From contig JAFLSZ010000002.1 of assembly GCA_022510665.1 (NCBI GenBank), positions 5,676 through 69,675 on the forward strand: DNA of 64,000 nucleotides, written 5' to 3'. The translations under genes were made by a program, and so were the position numbers. Positions 46,579-57,240 of the stretch are shown piece after piece (position 1 is the first letter of the stretch; every line of letters starts with the position of its first letter). A model generated the notes under the pieces. That model searched no databases, had not been told where the DNA came from, and saw only the letters and a list, made by a program, of their open reading frames with translations. Source of the stretch: Lachnospiraceae bacterium (GTDB taxonomy: Bacteria > Bacillota > Clostridia > Lachnospirales > Lachnospiraceae).

Positions 46579-47451
46579 CTATTCGAAGTCATAGGCTTCT
46601 TTTAACTCCGTAATAATCAGCACCTCGTCCAGACGTTCAAAGTCTACCGCCGGCACCAGCTCCGCCGTCTTTGTCATATTACTGGAATCCACTTTAATAT
46701 TGCGGATATAGCCGATTAAAATCCCCTGCAGATACTTATCGCTGATGTGAGAAGTGACAATTTCCGCGTTTTCCTTAAAATTCGCATCCATCGAAATCAT
46801 CTCAATCCGGATTACGCCCTGTTCCTTCATCAGTTTCAGATCACCCGATACAATACAGGTGTCATGGGTTTCTATGGACATTCCGCTCACATTGCTGTCA
46901 TCATCAATGATAGAGCGTACTCTCGCCCAGTTTTTTCCCGTCTCGGAAACAATGCCGACAAGGCCGCTCCCTGCCAATACGTTCATACCGACAACAATGC
47001 CGTCCTCGCTTCCTTTATCAATAATAAAATTATAAAACCAGTTATTGGTATCGCTTGCTATAATTCTTGCGGCCACCTTATTATAATCCATATACTTCGC
47101 GTCCAGCTCGTACAGACGCCTAAGCCCGTCTAATTCATACTTTTCCTGCGTAAGCTGCTGATTAGCTGCGGTCAGTTCCTCAATCTTTGCTTTGAGCAGC
47201 TCGTTTTCTTTACGCAGTGCCCGGACATCGCGAAATGCCTGTAATCTGTCGGAAATACTGCGCCCGACGCTGTTAATGCCTCGCTGCATCGGGGAAATCA
47301 CATTGCCCGCCGCGGTTTTTACCTTGGAAAAGCGTTCCGGAAAACGGTAAGAAGCAAACATAAGCGCAATGCAAAGGATAACACAGACAATCCACAAATA
47401 CTTCGGATTGAACTCAATCGCAATCCGCTTTCTCCTCCTGCGGCGTTTCAT
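46579..47451 (-). CDS. mreC: Rod shape-determining protein MreC
   Basis: TM, coiled coil 'ENELLKAKIEELTAANQQL' and beta-barrel domains. Confidence 0.9.
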   Translation of the reverse strand: MKRRRRRKRIAIEFNPKYLWIVCVILCIALMFASYRFPERFSKVKTAAGNVISPMQRGINSVGRSISDRLQAFRDVRALRKENELLKAKIEELTAANQQLTQEKYELDGLRRLYELDAKYMDYNKVAARIIASDTNNWFYNFIIDKGSEDGIVVGMNVLAGSGLVGIVSETGKNWARVRSIIDDDSNVSGMSIETHDTCIVSGDLKLMKEQGVIRIEMISMDANFKENAEIVTSHISDKYLQGILIGYIRNIKVDSSNMTKTAELVPAVDFERLDEVLIITELKEAYDFE

Positions 47452-47457
47452 GTACTA

Positions 47458-48489
47458 TCAACCTCCGTTTGTCATCTTGTCCAAGGTCAGTCTTAAATCA
47501 CTGTATTTGCCGTTCTCCAAAATTCTTCCGAGACCAACAACTACCGTATTGGCGGAATTTTCGCAGATGTGTATATCAAGCTCCGTCTCTCTTGCAAACA
47601 GTTTGTCTAAATCCTTGATATTAGCCGAGCCTCCGGTCAGGTAAATACCGGTATCCAGAATATCCGAAGCAATTTCCGGCGGCGTTTTTTCAAGAATCAT
47701 CTTGACCGCGTCCACAATGGAGCGAAGGTGTTCTTCGATTGACTCGTAAACAAAAGCCGAATCTACCTCGGCCTCCGTCGGAAGTCCGGTCATAACGTCG
47801 CGGCCGTAAACCCGGAGAGTTTTTACTTCTCTCGGCGGCAGGGCGCACGCAAGCTCCTTTTTTATCAGCTCTGCCGTCTTATTTCCAATGATTAAATTAT
47901 ATCTTTTTTTCACACTGTTTATGATGGTTTCATCCAAACGGTTTCCGCCGATGCCGACCATTTTGCTGTTGACGATGCCGCCCAGCGCCATTACCGCAAT
48001 CTCCGTGGTTTCCGCACCGATATCCACTACCATAATGCCGTTTGCCGTCATTACTTCAAGTCCCGCTCCAATGGCATTCGCCACAGGTTTATGGACGGCA
48101 CATACCTTGTCCTTTTTCGGCTTTGCGGAAGAACTCCAAAGCAGGTCATAGAACGCACGGCATTCCACCTCGCTGATATCGCTCGGAACCGCGACAATAA
48201 ACTCCGCGCCGTTAAACCTGCCATGCTTGTCCGAAAGGGACGCAAAGGCAGAGTTCAAGAGTGCCAGCATATTTCCGAAGTCCGCAACAACGCCGTATTT
48301 TACCGGAAACGTCACCTGAAAGTTATCCGGCGTCCTTCCGTACATTTCAAAAGCTTCATTTCCGATGGCATTTACAACGCCGTCACAGATTGCCACAACA
48401 TTCTTCTCATCGAAAATAACGCCTTCATTTTTCTTATAAATTTTAAGCACGCTTGTACCAAAATCTATCGCAAAAACCTTTGATGACAA
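47458..48489 (-). CDS. mreB: Rod shape-determining actin homologue MreB
   Basis: Actin-fold motifs 'AIDFGTS', 'VVDIGAETTEIAV' and 'IYLTGGSANI'. TTG start with GGGAG RBS. Confidence 0.88.
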   Translation of the reverse strand: MSSKVFAIDFGTSVLKIYKKNEGVIFDEKNVVAICDGVVNAIGNEAFEMYGRTPDNFQVTFPVKYGVVADFGNMLALLNSAFASLSDKHGRFNGAEFIVAVPSDISEVECRAFYDLLWSSSAKPKKDKVCAVHKPVANAIGAGLEVMTANGIMVVDIGAETTEIAVMALGGIVNSKMVGIGGNRLDETIINSVKKRYNLIIGNKTAELIKKELACALPPREVKTLRVYGRDVMTGLPTEAEVDSAFVYESIEEHLRSIVDAVKMILEKTPPEIASDILDTGIYLTGGSANIKDLDKLFARETELDIHICENSANTVVVGLGRILENGKYSDLRLTLDKMTNGG

Positions 48490-48636
48490 CTTAATAATCT
48501 CCCTTCACATAGTTATTCTGGATTATATCCTCCCGACATGCTGCCCTCCGAAGGATACATATATATAATCATATCATAGTGTACCACTTTTTCCTATTTA
48601 TTTCAATCATATATTTGTCCTATATTTTGACAAACA

Positions 48637-49335
48637 TCAGTTCAGGAGTCCTCTTTCTTTCATGCTGAGGTAGCGGTTATCCCCGATTATAATATGGTCA
48701 CGCAGCAAAAACCCTACGATTTCGCATGCCGCAGCAAGCCGTTTTGTCGCAAGGATATCCGCCTCACTGGGTGTCGGGCTCCCGCTGGGATGATTATGCA
48801 GTATCACGAGACAGACCGCCTCATAACGAAGGGCTGTCGTCAGCACTTCTCTCGGTTCCAGAATCGCACTGTTTACGGTTCCGCGTGACACAACGGAATC
48901 CGCGATTTTACGTCCCTTCGTATCCAACATTAACAAAATGATTTCTTCCGTGCGGCAGTGCCTGAGACGCCCCATATAAGCATCCGCAATCATCTGCGGC
49001 GTCGTGAATGCCGTATTTTCTTCAAAAGAGGCTGCCTGCATACGTTTTGCAAGTTCCGCGGCGCAGCAAAGCTGAATCGCTTTTACTCTGCCGATTCCTT
49101 TGATTTTTTGAAGTTCTTTCTGGGAATAATAATTCAGGGCCGCGAGTCCTTTTTTTGATCCGGGACGGTCTAATACACGGATTGCCAAATCAACCGCGCG
49201 CTCTTTTTTTGTTCCGGAACGGATGATAACCGCCAAAAGTTCCGCGTCAGACAAAACCTCCGGTCCGAAACGCTCACATTTCTCGTAAGGGCGTTCGGAC
49301 AGCGGAAGTTCCTTTTGAGTGAAAAAATGTTCCAT
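48637..49335 (-). CDS. radC: RadC-family JAB/MPN domain protein
   Basis: 'HNHPSGSPTPSEAD' JAMM motif and an N-terminal HhH. Confidence 0.9.
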   Translation of the reverse strand: MEHFFTQKELPLSERPYEKCERFGPEVLSDAELLAVIIRSGTKKERAVDLAIRVLDRPGSKKGLAALNYYSQKELQKIKGIGRVKAIQLCCAAELAKRMQAASFEENTAFTTPQMIADAYMGRLRHCRTEEIILLMLDTKGRKIADSVVSRGTVNSAILEPREVLTTALRYEAVCLVILHNHPSGSPTPSEADILATKRLAAACEIVGFLLRDHIIIGDNRYLSMKERGLLN

Positions 49336-49365
49336 ATGCCTCCTTCCCTGCGGAAAGGGTCGGAA

Positions 49366-49635
49366 TCAAAGCTTTCTGTAAACAAAAAAGGCAATGATAA
49401 CACCAAGGATGCTGGCTATTGAGATTTTAATCGAAAGTGCGAAAGTAACCGTAATTATGCCGAGATTCAGAAAGAACGCGCCGTCTGCGCCGTTTCCGAT
49501 ACCGAATGTCATTCCGTAATCCAGCCATGATAACCACGATATATCCCTTGTCAAATATCCCAGAAAGCTGCCGATTACAACGCCGCACAGCAGCAATAAC
49601 ACCAAAACCCATGTTTTCCCGTTTTTACCGGCCAT
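49366..49635 (-). CDS. Small membrane protein (DUF4321-like)
   Basis: 89 aa with two hydrophobic helices. Start placed at the internal ATG 49635. Confidence 0.6.
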   Translation of the reverse strand: MAGKNGKTWVLVLLLLCGVVIGSFLGYLTRDISWLSWLDYGMTFGIGNGADGAFFLNLGIITVTFALSIKISIASILGVIIAFFVYRKL

Positions 49636-49669
49636 AAAAATCCCCCTTTTTTTGCTCTCCGTTTTTATT

Positions 49670-50956
49670 TTAACATAAAACAAGACCCTGTTCAAATAGT
49701 TTTTGTACGGAATTTATAATGCCGAACTTTGCGTGATACCATGTAAGGCCGCCCTGAAAATATACCGCATACGGCTCCGTCACCGGCCCGTCCGCGGAAA
49801 GTTCGATGGAGGAGCCCTGAATAAATGCGCCCGCTGCCATAACAACCTCGTCATGGTATCCCGGCATTGCCCACGGTTCCGGTATAACATAACTGTCTAC
49901 CGGCGCCGCCTCCTGAATGCCGTGGCAGAATGCGAGCATCGCTTCCCTGCTCTTTAATGTCACTGCCTGAATAATATCATACCGGGGTTCTTTTCCGTTC
50001 GGTACTACCAAAAAACCGAGTTTTTCGTAAATATTTGCCGCGTAAATTGCCCCCTTTAAAGCTCCCGCAACGACCGTCGGCGCCATAAAAAGTCCCTGAA
50101 AAAAGGAACGGTTCAAACCAAGGCTCGCGCCGACTTCCTTTCCGATTCCCGGTGCGGTCAGGCGGTACGCACAGTTCTCCACATATTCTTTTCTTCCCAC
50201 GATGTAGCCGCCGATAGGGGCAAGTCCTCCGCCCGGATTTTTAATCAGGGAACCTACGCACAAATCCGCGCCCACATCGGTCGGTTCAATCACTTCCACA
50301 AATTCACCGTAACAGTTGTCTACCATACAGATTACATCCGGCTTAATATTTTTGATAAAGGAAATCAGCACGCCGATGGCTTCCACGGAAAGGGTCGGTC
50401 TTGTCTGATAACCTTTGGAACGCTGAATCGTAACCAGTTTGGTTCTGTCGTTAATCTTCTCCTTTATTCCGTCAAAATCAAACATTCCGTTTTTCTTTAA
50501 ATCCACCTGGGCATACGTTACTCCGTACTCCGCCAAAGAGCCCCTGCTCTCACGGATTCCGATGACGCCTTCTAATGTATCATACGGTTTTCCCACCGGA
50601 GAAAGAATTTCATCTCCCGGACGGACATTCGCCGAAAGCGCTACCGAAAGCGCATGCGTACCCGAAACCAGATTTGGACGCACCAGCGCGCTTTCCGTAT
50701 GGAATACCGACGCGTATACGGCCTCTAACGTGTCTCTTCCGTCGTCATCGTATCCGTATCCGGTCGAAGCGTTAAAATGGGTGTCGGAGACCCTGTTTTT
50801 CTGCATGGCGGAAAGCACCTTTAACTGGTTATACTCGGCAACCTCGTCAATCGTCTGAAAACGTTCCTTTAAATCGTCCTCGATTTCGGAGCAGAAAGAA
50901 AGCACCTTGTCGTCAATTTTACAGTCTTTGTACATCAATTTTAAATAATCGTTCAT
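49670..50956 (-). CDS. YnbB/'aluminium resistance' family PLP-dependent (methionine gamma-lyase-like) protein
   Basis: 'HFNASTGYGYDDDGRDTLE...' is the hallmark of the family. Confidence 0.8.
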   Translation of the reverse strand: MNDYLKLMYKDCKIDDKVLSFCSEIEDDLKERFQTIDEVAEYNQLKVLSAMQKNRVSDTHFNASTGYGYDDDGRDTLEAVYASVFHTESALVRPNLVSGTHALSVALSANVRPGDEILSPVGKPYDTLEGVIGIRESRGSLAEYGVTYAQVDLKKNGMFDFDGIKEKINDRTKLVTIQRSKGYQTRPTLSVEAIGVLISFIKNIKPDVICMVDNCYGEFVEVIEPTDVGADLCVGSLIKNPGGGLAPIGGYIVGRKEYVENCAYRLTAPGIGKEVGASLGLNRSFFQGLFMAPTVVAGALKGAIYAANIYEKLGFLVVPNGKEPRYDIIQAVTLKSREAMLAFCHGIQEAAPVDSYVIPEPWAMPGYHDEVVMAAGAFIQGSSIELSADGPVTEPYAVYFQGGLTWYHAKFGIINSVQKLFEQGLVLC

Positions 50957-50989
50957 TTTATTTTTCTCCTGATTCTATCCATATATTTT

Positions 50990-51955
50990 TTATGTCAACA
51001 TACCTGTTTTCTCCGCTTCTCTTAACATTGCCGCGAGGATTTCCTGCTCGTTTGCGTAATCTCCCCTGTCAAACCAAAGCACGTCCCGCTCCCGCCTAAA
51101 CCATGTAATCTGACGCTTCGCAAAGTGTCTGGTGTCGCGCTTTAAAACGGAAACCGCTTCCTGTAACGAACACTCCCCGTTTAGGTAGGACAGAATTTCC
51201 TTATATCCGAGTCCCTGCATGGACACCATGTCCGCCGTACAGCCTTCTTCTATGAGGGCGCGGACTTCTTCCACCAGCCCTTCTTCTAACATTTGGTCAA
51301 TCCGCTGTTCAATGCGCCGGTACAACACGGCGCGCTCCTGTGTCAGGACAAAGTAGGCGCTGTTATATGCAGATTCTTTTTGGTGCTGTTCTTCATTGTG
51401 AACGGAAATCAGCCCGCCGGTTTGTTTATAAAACTCCAACGCACGGATTACCCGTTTTACATTATTGGCATGAATTGCCGCGGCGGATGCCGGGTCTGCT
51501 TTTGCAAGAAGCGCATGAAGGGCCTGTGCGCCATACTTATCCGCGTACTCCGCCAGTTCTTTCCGATACGCCGTATCTTCCTCGGTTTTTGTAAAGTCGA
51601 TGTCGTACAGCACTGCCTGAATGTAAAATCCCGTACCGCCTACCAATATCGGAATATGTCCCCGGTCGGCAATCTCTTTTATCAGGCGTTTTGCTTCCAT
51701 GGCAAAGCGCACCACATTATAGTTCTCCTGCGGTTCGCAGATATCAATTAAATGGTGCGGTACGCCGCACATTTCTTCTTTCTTTATCTTTGCGGTTCCG
51801 ATGTCCATGCGGCGGTATACCTGCATGGAATCCGCCGAAATAATTTCTCCGTTTACCGCCTGCGCGAGCCGGACGGAAAGATTTGTCTTTCCGACTGCCG
51901 TAGGACCGGTTAAAATAAGCAATGGCAGCCGGTGCTTTGTATTTGTTTCTTCCAT
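50990..51955 (-). CDS. miaA: tRNA dimethylallyltransferase
   Basis: P-loop 'GPTAVGKT' and 'HHLID'. AGGAGGA RBS before ATG 51955. Confidence 0.92.
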   Translation of the reverse strand: MEETNTKHRLPLLILTGPTAVGKTNLSVRLAQAVNGEIISADSMQVYRRMDIGTAKIKKEEMCGVPHHLIDICEPQENYNVVRFAMEAKRLIKEIADRGHIPILVGGTGFYIQAVLYDIDFTKTEEDTAYRKELAEYADKYGAQALHALLAKADPASAAAIHANNVKRVIRALEFYKQTGGLISVHNEEQHQKESAYNSAYFVLTQERAVLYRRIEQRIDQMLEEGLVEEVRALIEEGCTADMVSMQGLGYKEILSYLNGECSLQEAVSVLKRDTRHFAKRQITWFRRERDVLWFDRGDYANEQEILAAMLREAEKTGMLT

Positions 51956-51968
51956 TGCCGGTTCCTCC

Positions 51969-54011
51969 TTATACGATACGCTTGAATTTCTTTTCAATCT
52001 CCTGCTTTGACATGGAAATGGTAGTCGGACGCCCGTGCGGACAATGATACGGATTATCAAGCGTGAGAAGCAGATCAATCATTGCTTTTGCTTCCGGTAC
52101 GGAAAGCACCTGATTCCCTTTGACCGCCGCCTTACAGGACATGGAAGCCACCTTTTCCACCAAAACTTCCGGACTTCCGTGAAGGCGCTCCGCCACCAGT
52201 TCGTCCAACAGCTGCATAAACAGTTCCCCGCCGGTCAGACCGCACAAATCCGCCGGAACACCGCTTACTTTATAGTCTCTGCCGCCGAAATGTTCAAATT
52301 CAAAACCCAGACGGCGAAGTACCTCCGCCTGCTCCTTTAACACTTCCTCCTCACGAATGGAAAGAGTAGCCACATACGGCGGCGCAATCTGCTGGGTTGT
52401 CATCTCTTTTTCACGAATCCGTTTCATGGTCTGTTCAAACAAAATCTTTTCATGGGCGGCATGCTGGTCAATCAGAAACAACTGTTCGTCCATCTCAATC
52501 AGCCAGTAAGTGGAAAATAACTGTCCGATAATACGGTACTCTTTGGCCGTATCTTTCAACAGATTCGGCAATTCCATCTGTTCCGGCTGTTCCGTTTGTT
52601 TTCTGACTTCTGCGTTTTTTTCCGTATCCGGGCTTTTTATGTCCGTCTTTTCCGGCTTCGGTTCTTTTTTTTCTTCTTTTTTCTCCGCAAGGTACGGCGC
52701 GGGATCTTCTTTTAGAACGGACTGCGCCGGGGCGGCAGGTAGCTTTTCCGGTTTCTTCTTTTGTTCCGGCGGCATTCCGGTTTCCGTAAGTTTTGCTGCC
52801 GGACGTACCGGCAGGTTCTCTGACTTCGGTATTTCGGGCTCCGTGCCTGCCGCCGTTTCTGCGCCTGCCTCCCGTACCTGTGTCCGTGCCGGGGCCGTGT
52901 CCGGTTTCTGCATTGCCAGACGCACCGTTTCAAACTGCTCCGGCCGCGTTTCTTTTTGGAGCGGTTCCGAAAGAGAGGTCTTCGTCTCTTTTCCGAAGCC
53001 CACCTGCGGTATCATGTTTTTTCCCGCAAGAGCTTCTTTTACCGCGTGATACACCGCGTAGTATACCGCTTCTCCGTCAGAAAAACGAACTTCCAGCTTT
53101 GTCGGATGGACATTTACGTCAAGCACGGCGGGGTCCATCGAAATATGCAGCGCCGTAAACGGGTATTTATGCTGCATCATATAGGAACGGCAGGCTTCTT
53201 CAATCGCCCTGCTAATGATATTACTTTTGATATAGCGTCCGTTAATAAAGTAATTCTCGCAATTTCTGTTTCCTCTCGCAACCACAGGCTTTCCGACAAA
53301 TCCGGTTACCTGGAGTCCCGCGCTTTCCTCAATATGGGACACTTCCAGAAGATTCGCGGTAATCTCACGCCCGTAAACCTGATAAATCACTTCTTTTAAA
53401 TTGCCGTTTCCCGAAGTCTGTAACATAATTTTTCCGTTATTGATAAACTTATAGGCGATTTCGGGGCGGGCAAGCGCCATCCGCTGCATAAGTTCGGAAC
53501 AATATCCCGCTTCCGTCATGGCGGACTTTAAAAACTTTTTTCTGGCAGGCACATTATAAAACAGATTCCGCACCAAAAAGGTAGTGCCGTCCGGGCAGCC
53601 CGCTTCTTCCAGCCCTTCTTCGACGCCGCCCTCAATGATATAACGGCTTCCGGCAAAGGCTTCCTTTGTTTTTGTAATTAACTCTACCTGCGCCACCGCG
53701 GAAATACTGGAAAGCGCCTCTCCGCGGAATCCCAGACTGTCCGTCGTCAGCAAATCCTCGACCGTGCGGATTTTACTGGTAGAATGGCGCAGAAAGGCAG
53801 TTCTTACGTCTTCCGCGGCTATGCCGGAGCCGTTGTCCGTAATGCGGATTAACCCGATGCCGCCTTCTTTTAATTCCACCGTAACCATAGTGGCGCCGGC
53901 ATCAACCGCATTTTCGGTCAGCTCCTTTACCACGGAAGAAGGGCGCTCGACTACTTCACCCGCCGCAATCTTATCAATGGTATTTTTATCCAATACTGCT
54001 ATTTTCCCCAT
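51969..54011 (-). CDS. mutL: DNA mismatch repair protein MutL
   Basis: GHKL ATPase 'AAGEVVERP' and 'DNGSGI', a long Pro/Lys/Glu-rich linker, and a C-terminal dimerisation/endonuclease domain. Confidence 0.93.
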   Translation of the reverse strand: MGKIAVLDKNTIDKIAAGEVVERPSSVVKELTENAVDAGATMVTVELKEGGIGLIRITDNGSGIAAEDVRTAFLRHSTSKIRTVEDLLTTDSLGFRGEALSSISAVAQVELITKTKEAFAGSRYIIEGGVEEGLEEAGCPDGTTFLVRNLFYNVPARKKFLKSAMTEAGYCSELMQRMALARPEIAYKFINNGKIMLQTSGNGNLKEVIYQVYGREITANLLEVSHIEESAGLQVTGFVGKPVVARGNRNCENYFINGRYIKSNIISRAIEEACRSYMMQHKYPFTALHISMDPAVLDVNVHPTKLEVRFSDGEAVYYAVYHAVKEALAGKNMIPQVGFGKETKTSLSEPLQKETRPEQFETVRLAMQKPDTAPARTQVREAGAETAAGTEPEIPKSENLPVRPAAKLTETGMPPEQKKKPEKLPAAPAQSVLKEDPAPYLAEKKEEKKEPKPEKTDIKSPDTEKNAEVRKQTEQPEQMELPNLLKDTAKEYRIIGQLFSTYWLIEMDEQLFLIDQHAAHEKILFEQTMKRIREKEMTTQQIAPPYVATLSIREEEVLKEQAEVLRRLGFEFEHFGGRDYKVSGVPADLCGLTGGELFMQLLDELVAERLHGSPEVLVEKVASMSCKAAVKGNQVLSVPEAKAMIDLLLTLDNPYHCPHGRPTTISMSKQEIEKKFKRIV

Positions 54012-54080
54012 GGACTGCCGCTCCTTTCTGTCTGATTTCCGTTTTATTTCCGGAAGCTCCCGGAATCCGTTCATTTCCGG

Positions 54081-56750
54081 TTACGGTTGCTTTTTTCCTG
54101 CCTGTTCCTGAAGTTTATACAACAGATTCAGCGCGTCAATCGGCGTCATTATGGAAAGGTTCAATTCCAAAAGCGTTTTTAAAATTGACGCGTCTTCGGT
54201 TTCCTCCGTGCCGAACATCGTCATCTGTCCGTTCAGCGTTTCTTTTTCCTGCTTTGCCGCACGGACTTTTGCCGCCTGCTTTACTTCAATCTGCGCCGCG
54301 TTTTTGGTTATATCCCGTTCCGCCAGCTCATCCGCAATTTCTCGCGCCCTTACAAGCACTTCTCCCGGCACGCCGGCGAGTTTTGCCACCTGAATTCCGT
54401 AACTTTTATCCGCACCGCCCGGAATAATTTTTCTTAAAAATACAATATCCTCGCCCTGTTCTTTTACGGCAATGCAATAGTTATGCACCGCGTTTAACTT
54501 TCCCTCCAGCTCCGTCAGTTCGTGGTAATGAGTCGCAAACAGTGCCTTCGCGCCGATTAATTTCGGGTCCGCAATATGCTCTACGACCGCCCACGCAATG
54601 GAAAGGCCGTCAAAGGTACTGGTTCCCCTGCCGATTTCATCCAGAATCAAAAGGCTGTTCTTTGTGGCGTTCCGCAGAATATTTGCCACTTCCGTCATTT
54701 CCACCATAAAGGTACTCTGCCCCGAAGCAAGGTCATCGGAAGCCCCCACTCTTGTGAAAATCCGGTCGCAGATTCCGATTTTGGCACTCTGCGCCGGTAC
54801 AAAGCTTCCGAGCTGCGCCATTAAAACGATTAACGCAGTCTGGCGCATATAGGTGGACTTTCCCGCCATGTTCGGGCCTGTGATAATGGAAATCCGTTTG
54901 TCATTGTTATCTAAGTAAGTATCATTTTCCACAAACATATCGTTCGGAATCATCCGTTCCACAACCGGATGTCTTCCGCCCACAATATGTAGCACGCCCT
55001 CTTTGTTGATTTCCGGACGCACATAACGGTTTTTCTCCGCCACTGCGGCAAGGGACGCAAACAGGTCAAGCCACGCGACCGCTTTGGCGGTCTGTTTAAT
55101 GCGTACCACTTCCGCCGCCACCGCTTCCCTGATTTCCGCAAAAAGCGAATATTCCAGAGAAAAGAGCTTGTCCTCCGCACCCAGAATATCTTCTTCCAGT
55201 TTTTTCAGTTCTTCCGTGGTATAACGTTCCGCATTGGTAAGCGTCTGCTTGCGTATCCATGTCGGCGGAACAAGGTGCTGGTACGACTTTGTCACCTCGA
55301 AATAATAGCCGAACACACGATTAAATTTTACTTTCAGATTCTTGATTCCCGTGGCTTCCCGCTCCCGTTCCTCCACTTCGGCAAGCCATCCTTTGCCTTC
55401 GGTCTTCGCAAGACGCAGACGGTCCACTTCCTCGTTATAACCGTTTTTAATAATGCTGCCTTCCTTTACGGTAAGAGGCGCGTCGGGATCAATGGATGCC
55501 TCGATTAATCCGTCCAAATCCGAAAGTGGGTCCAGTTCCTCATAAACTGTTTTTAATAACGGTGCCTTTAAATCGCCAAGCAATAGCTTAATCGGCGGAA
55601 GCATGGAAAGGGAGGAGCGGAATGCCAGCAAATCACGCGGGGTTGCGGAACGGTAAGTGACACGGCTCAACAGTCTTTCCAAATCGTAAACCGCGTTTAA
55701 ATATTCCCTGAGTTCTTCCCTTGTAATGCCGTCTTCCTTTAATTCCTCCACGGCGGTAAGTCTTTCGTTAATTTCTTCTTTTTCCAACAGCGGCTGCTCG
55801 ATACAGATGCGCAGCAGCCGGGCGCCCATTGCGGTTTTCGTCTTATCCAGCACCCAGAGAAGGGAGCCCTTTTTTTGCTTTTCCCGCAGGGTTTCGGTCA
55901 ATTCAAGGTTTCTTCTCGTACTTCCGTCCAAAACCATGTATTTTCCGGTCACATAGGTCTGTATCCGGGTAATATGTTCCATGGAAGTTTTCTGGGTTTC
56001 TTTCAAATACTGCATTACCGCCCCGGCGGCAATGCTTCCTAACGAGAAATCGCCCAGACCGAGCCCGGCGAGCGTTCCCACCTTAAAGTGCGACATTAAA
56101 GCGCGTTCACATGCCGAATTATCAAAAAAACGCTCGTCCAGAGACTCTATGGCAATCCGCATACGGTCTTTACAGTCATCGGTATCCACACCGCTCATAA
56201 AAAACGCTCCGTTACAGATAAGCTCCGACGGAGCGAACTTTGTAATTTCATCTGCGGCCTTTTTTGCCTCGTCTACTTCGGTAACATAAAAGTCACCGGT
56301 TGTTACGTCCGCTACCGCGATTCCGAACGCATCCCCACTGTAATAAATTCCGAACAAATAATTGTTTTTGCCTTCGTCCAGACTCTGGGGATTTAAGTTT
56401 GTGCCCGGCGTCACCACCCGGATTACCTCGCGTTTTACAATGCCTTTTGCGAGTTTGGGGTCTTCCACCTGTTCACAAATTGCCACGCGGTATCCTTTTC
56501 CTACCAGACGGTTAATGTAGGTTTCCGCGGCGTGAAAGGGAACGCCGCACATCGGTGCGCGCTCCTCCAGACCGCAGTATTTTCCGGTTAACGTTAATTC
56601 CAGTTCCTTTGACACCGTTACCGCATCTTCGAAAAACATTTCATAGAAATCGCCCAGCCGGTAAAACAAAATACAATCTCCGTACGCGTCTTTCATTTCC
56701 AGATAATGCTGCATCATCGGCGACACTTTCTCATAGATTGCCTTATCCAT
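54081..56750 (-). CDS. mutS: DNA mismatch repair protein MutS
   Basis: 'PMMQHYLEMK', 'GPNMAGKST', 'DEIGRGTSTFDG' and 'FATHYHEL'. Its ATG overlaps the rnhA stop region by 8 nt. Confidence 0.95.
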   Translation of the reverse strand: MDKAIYEKVSPMMQHYLEMKDAYGDCILFYRLGDFYEMFFEDAVTVSKELELTLTGKYCGLEERAPMCGVPFHAAETYINRLVGKGYRVAICEQVEDPKLAKGIVKREVIRVVTPGTNLNPQSLDEGKNNYLFGIYYSGDAFGIAVADVTTGDFYVTEVDEAKKAADEITKFAPSELICNGAFFMSGVDTDDCKDRMRIAIESLDERFFDNSACERALMSHFKVGTLAGLGLGDFSLGSIAAGAVMQYLKETQKTSMEHITRIQTYVTGKYMVLDGSTRRNLELTETLREKQKKGSLLWVLDKTKTAMGARLLRICIEQPLLEKEEINERLTAVEELKEDGITREELREYLNAVYDLERLLSRVTYRSATPRDLLAFRSSLSMLPPIKLLLGDLKAPLLKTVYEELDPLSDLDGLIEASIDPDAPLTVKEGSIIKNGYNEEVDRLRLAKTEGKGWLAEVEEREREATGIKNLKVKFNRVFGYYFEVTKSYQHLVPPTWIRKQTLTNAERYTTEELKKLEEDILGAEDKLFSLEYSLFAEIREAVAAEVVRIKQTAKAVAWLDLFASLAAVAEKNRYVRPEINKEGVLHIVGGRHPVVERMIPNDMFVENDTYLDNNDKRISIITGPNMAGKSTYMRQTALIVLMAQLGSFVPAQSAKIGICDRIFTRVGASDDLASGQSTFMVEMTEVANILRNATKNSLLILDEIGRGTSTFDGLSIAWAVVEHIADPKLIGAKALFATHYHELTELEGKLNAVHNYCIAVKEQGEDIVFLRKIIPGGADKSYGIQVAKLAGVPGEVLVRAREIADELAERDITKNAAQIEVKQAAKVRAAKQEKETLNGQMTMFGTEETEDASILKTLLELNLSIMTPIDALNLLYKLQEQAGKKQP

Positions 56751-57240
56751 TATTTTCCTCCAATCCTTCGTCCAAACGAAGGTTTTCTCCGTCGGCAGCG
56801 GTGGTCGCAAGCACGTCGCACCGTTCGTTCTGCGGGTGTCCGTTATGCCCTTTCACCCAGAAAAACTGCGCGTTATGAGGCTCCATTGCGGCTAACAGCC
56901 TTTTCCAGAGGTCCACGTTTTTTACCGCCTCGTTCTTTCCGCGCTTCCAGCCCTTTTTTATCCAGCCCGTAAGCCAGCCCTCATTAAATGCTTTCACAAG
57001 ATATTGGGAATCGGAATACACTTCGACTTCGCAGGGTTTTGTCAGCGCCTCAAACCCTACAATTGCCGCCATCAGTTCCATCCGGTTGTTCGTTGTTTTT
57101 ACATAGCCGCCGGAATATTCCCGCAGATGTTCCGTTCCGTTTTTATCCACAAAAGAAAGTACGGTTCCGTAGCCTCCCGGCCCGTCCGGGTTTCCTCTTG
57201 CCGCTCCGTCCGTATACATGGTTACTTTCATCATTGCCAT
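56743..57240 (-). CDS. rnhA: Ribonuclease HI
   Basis: DEDD residues within 'YTDGAARGNP', 'NNRMEL', 'VYSDSQY' and 'HNGHPQNERCDVLA'. The start is ambiguous between 57240, 57234 and 57231. ATG 57234 forms an ATGA overlap with the upstream stop. Confidence 0.88.
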   Translation of the reverse strand: MAMMKVTMYTDGAARGNPDGPGGYGTVLSFVDKNGTEHLREYSGGYVKTTNNRMELMAAIVGFEALTKPCEVEVYSDSQYLVKAFNEGWLTGWIKKGWKRGKNEAVKNVDLWKRLLAAMEPHNAQFFWVKGHNGHPQNERCDVLATTAADGENLRLDEGLEENNG

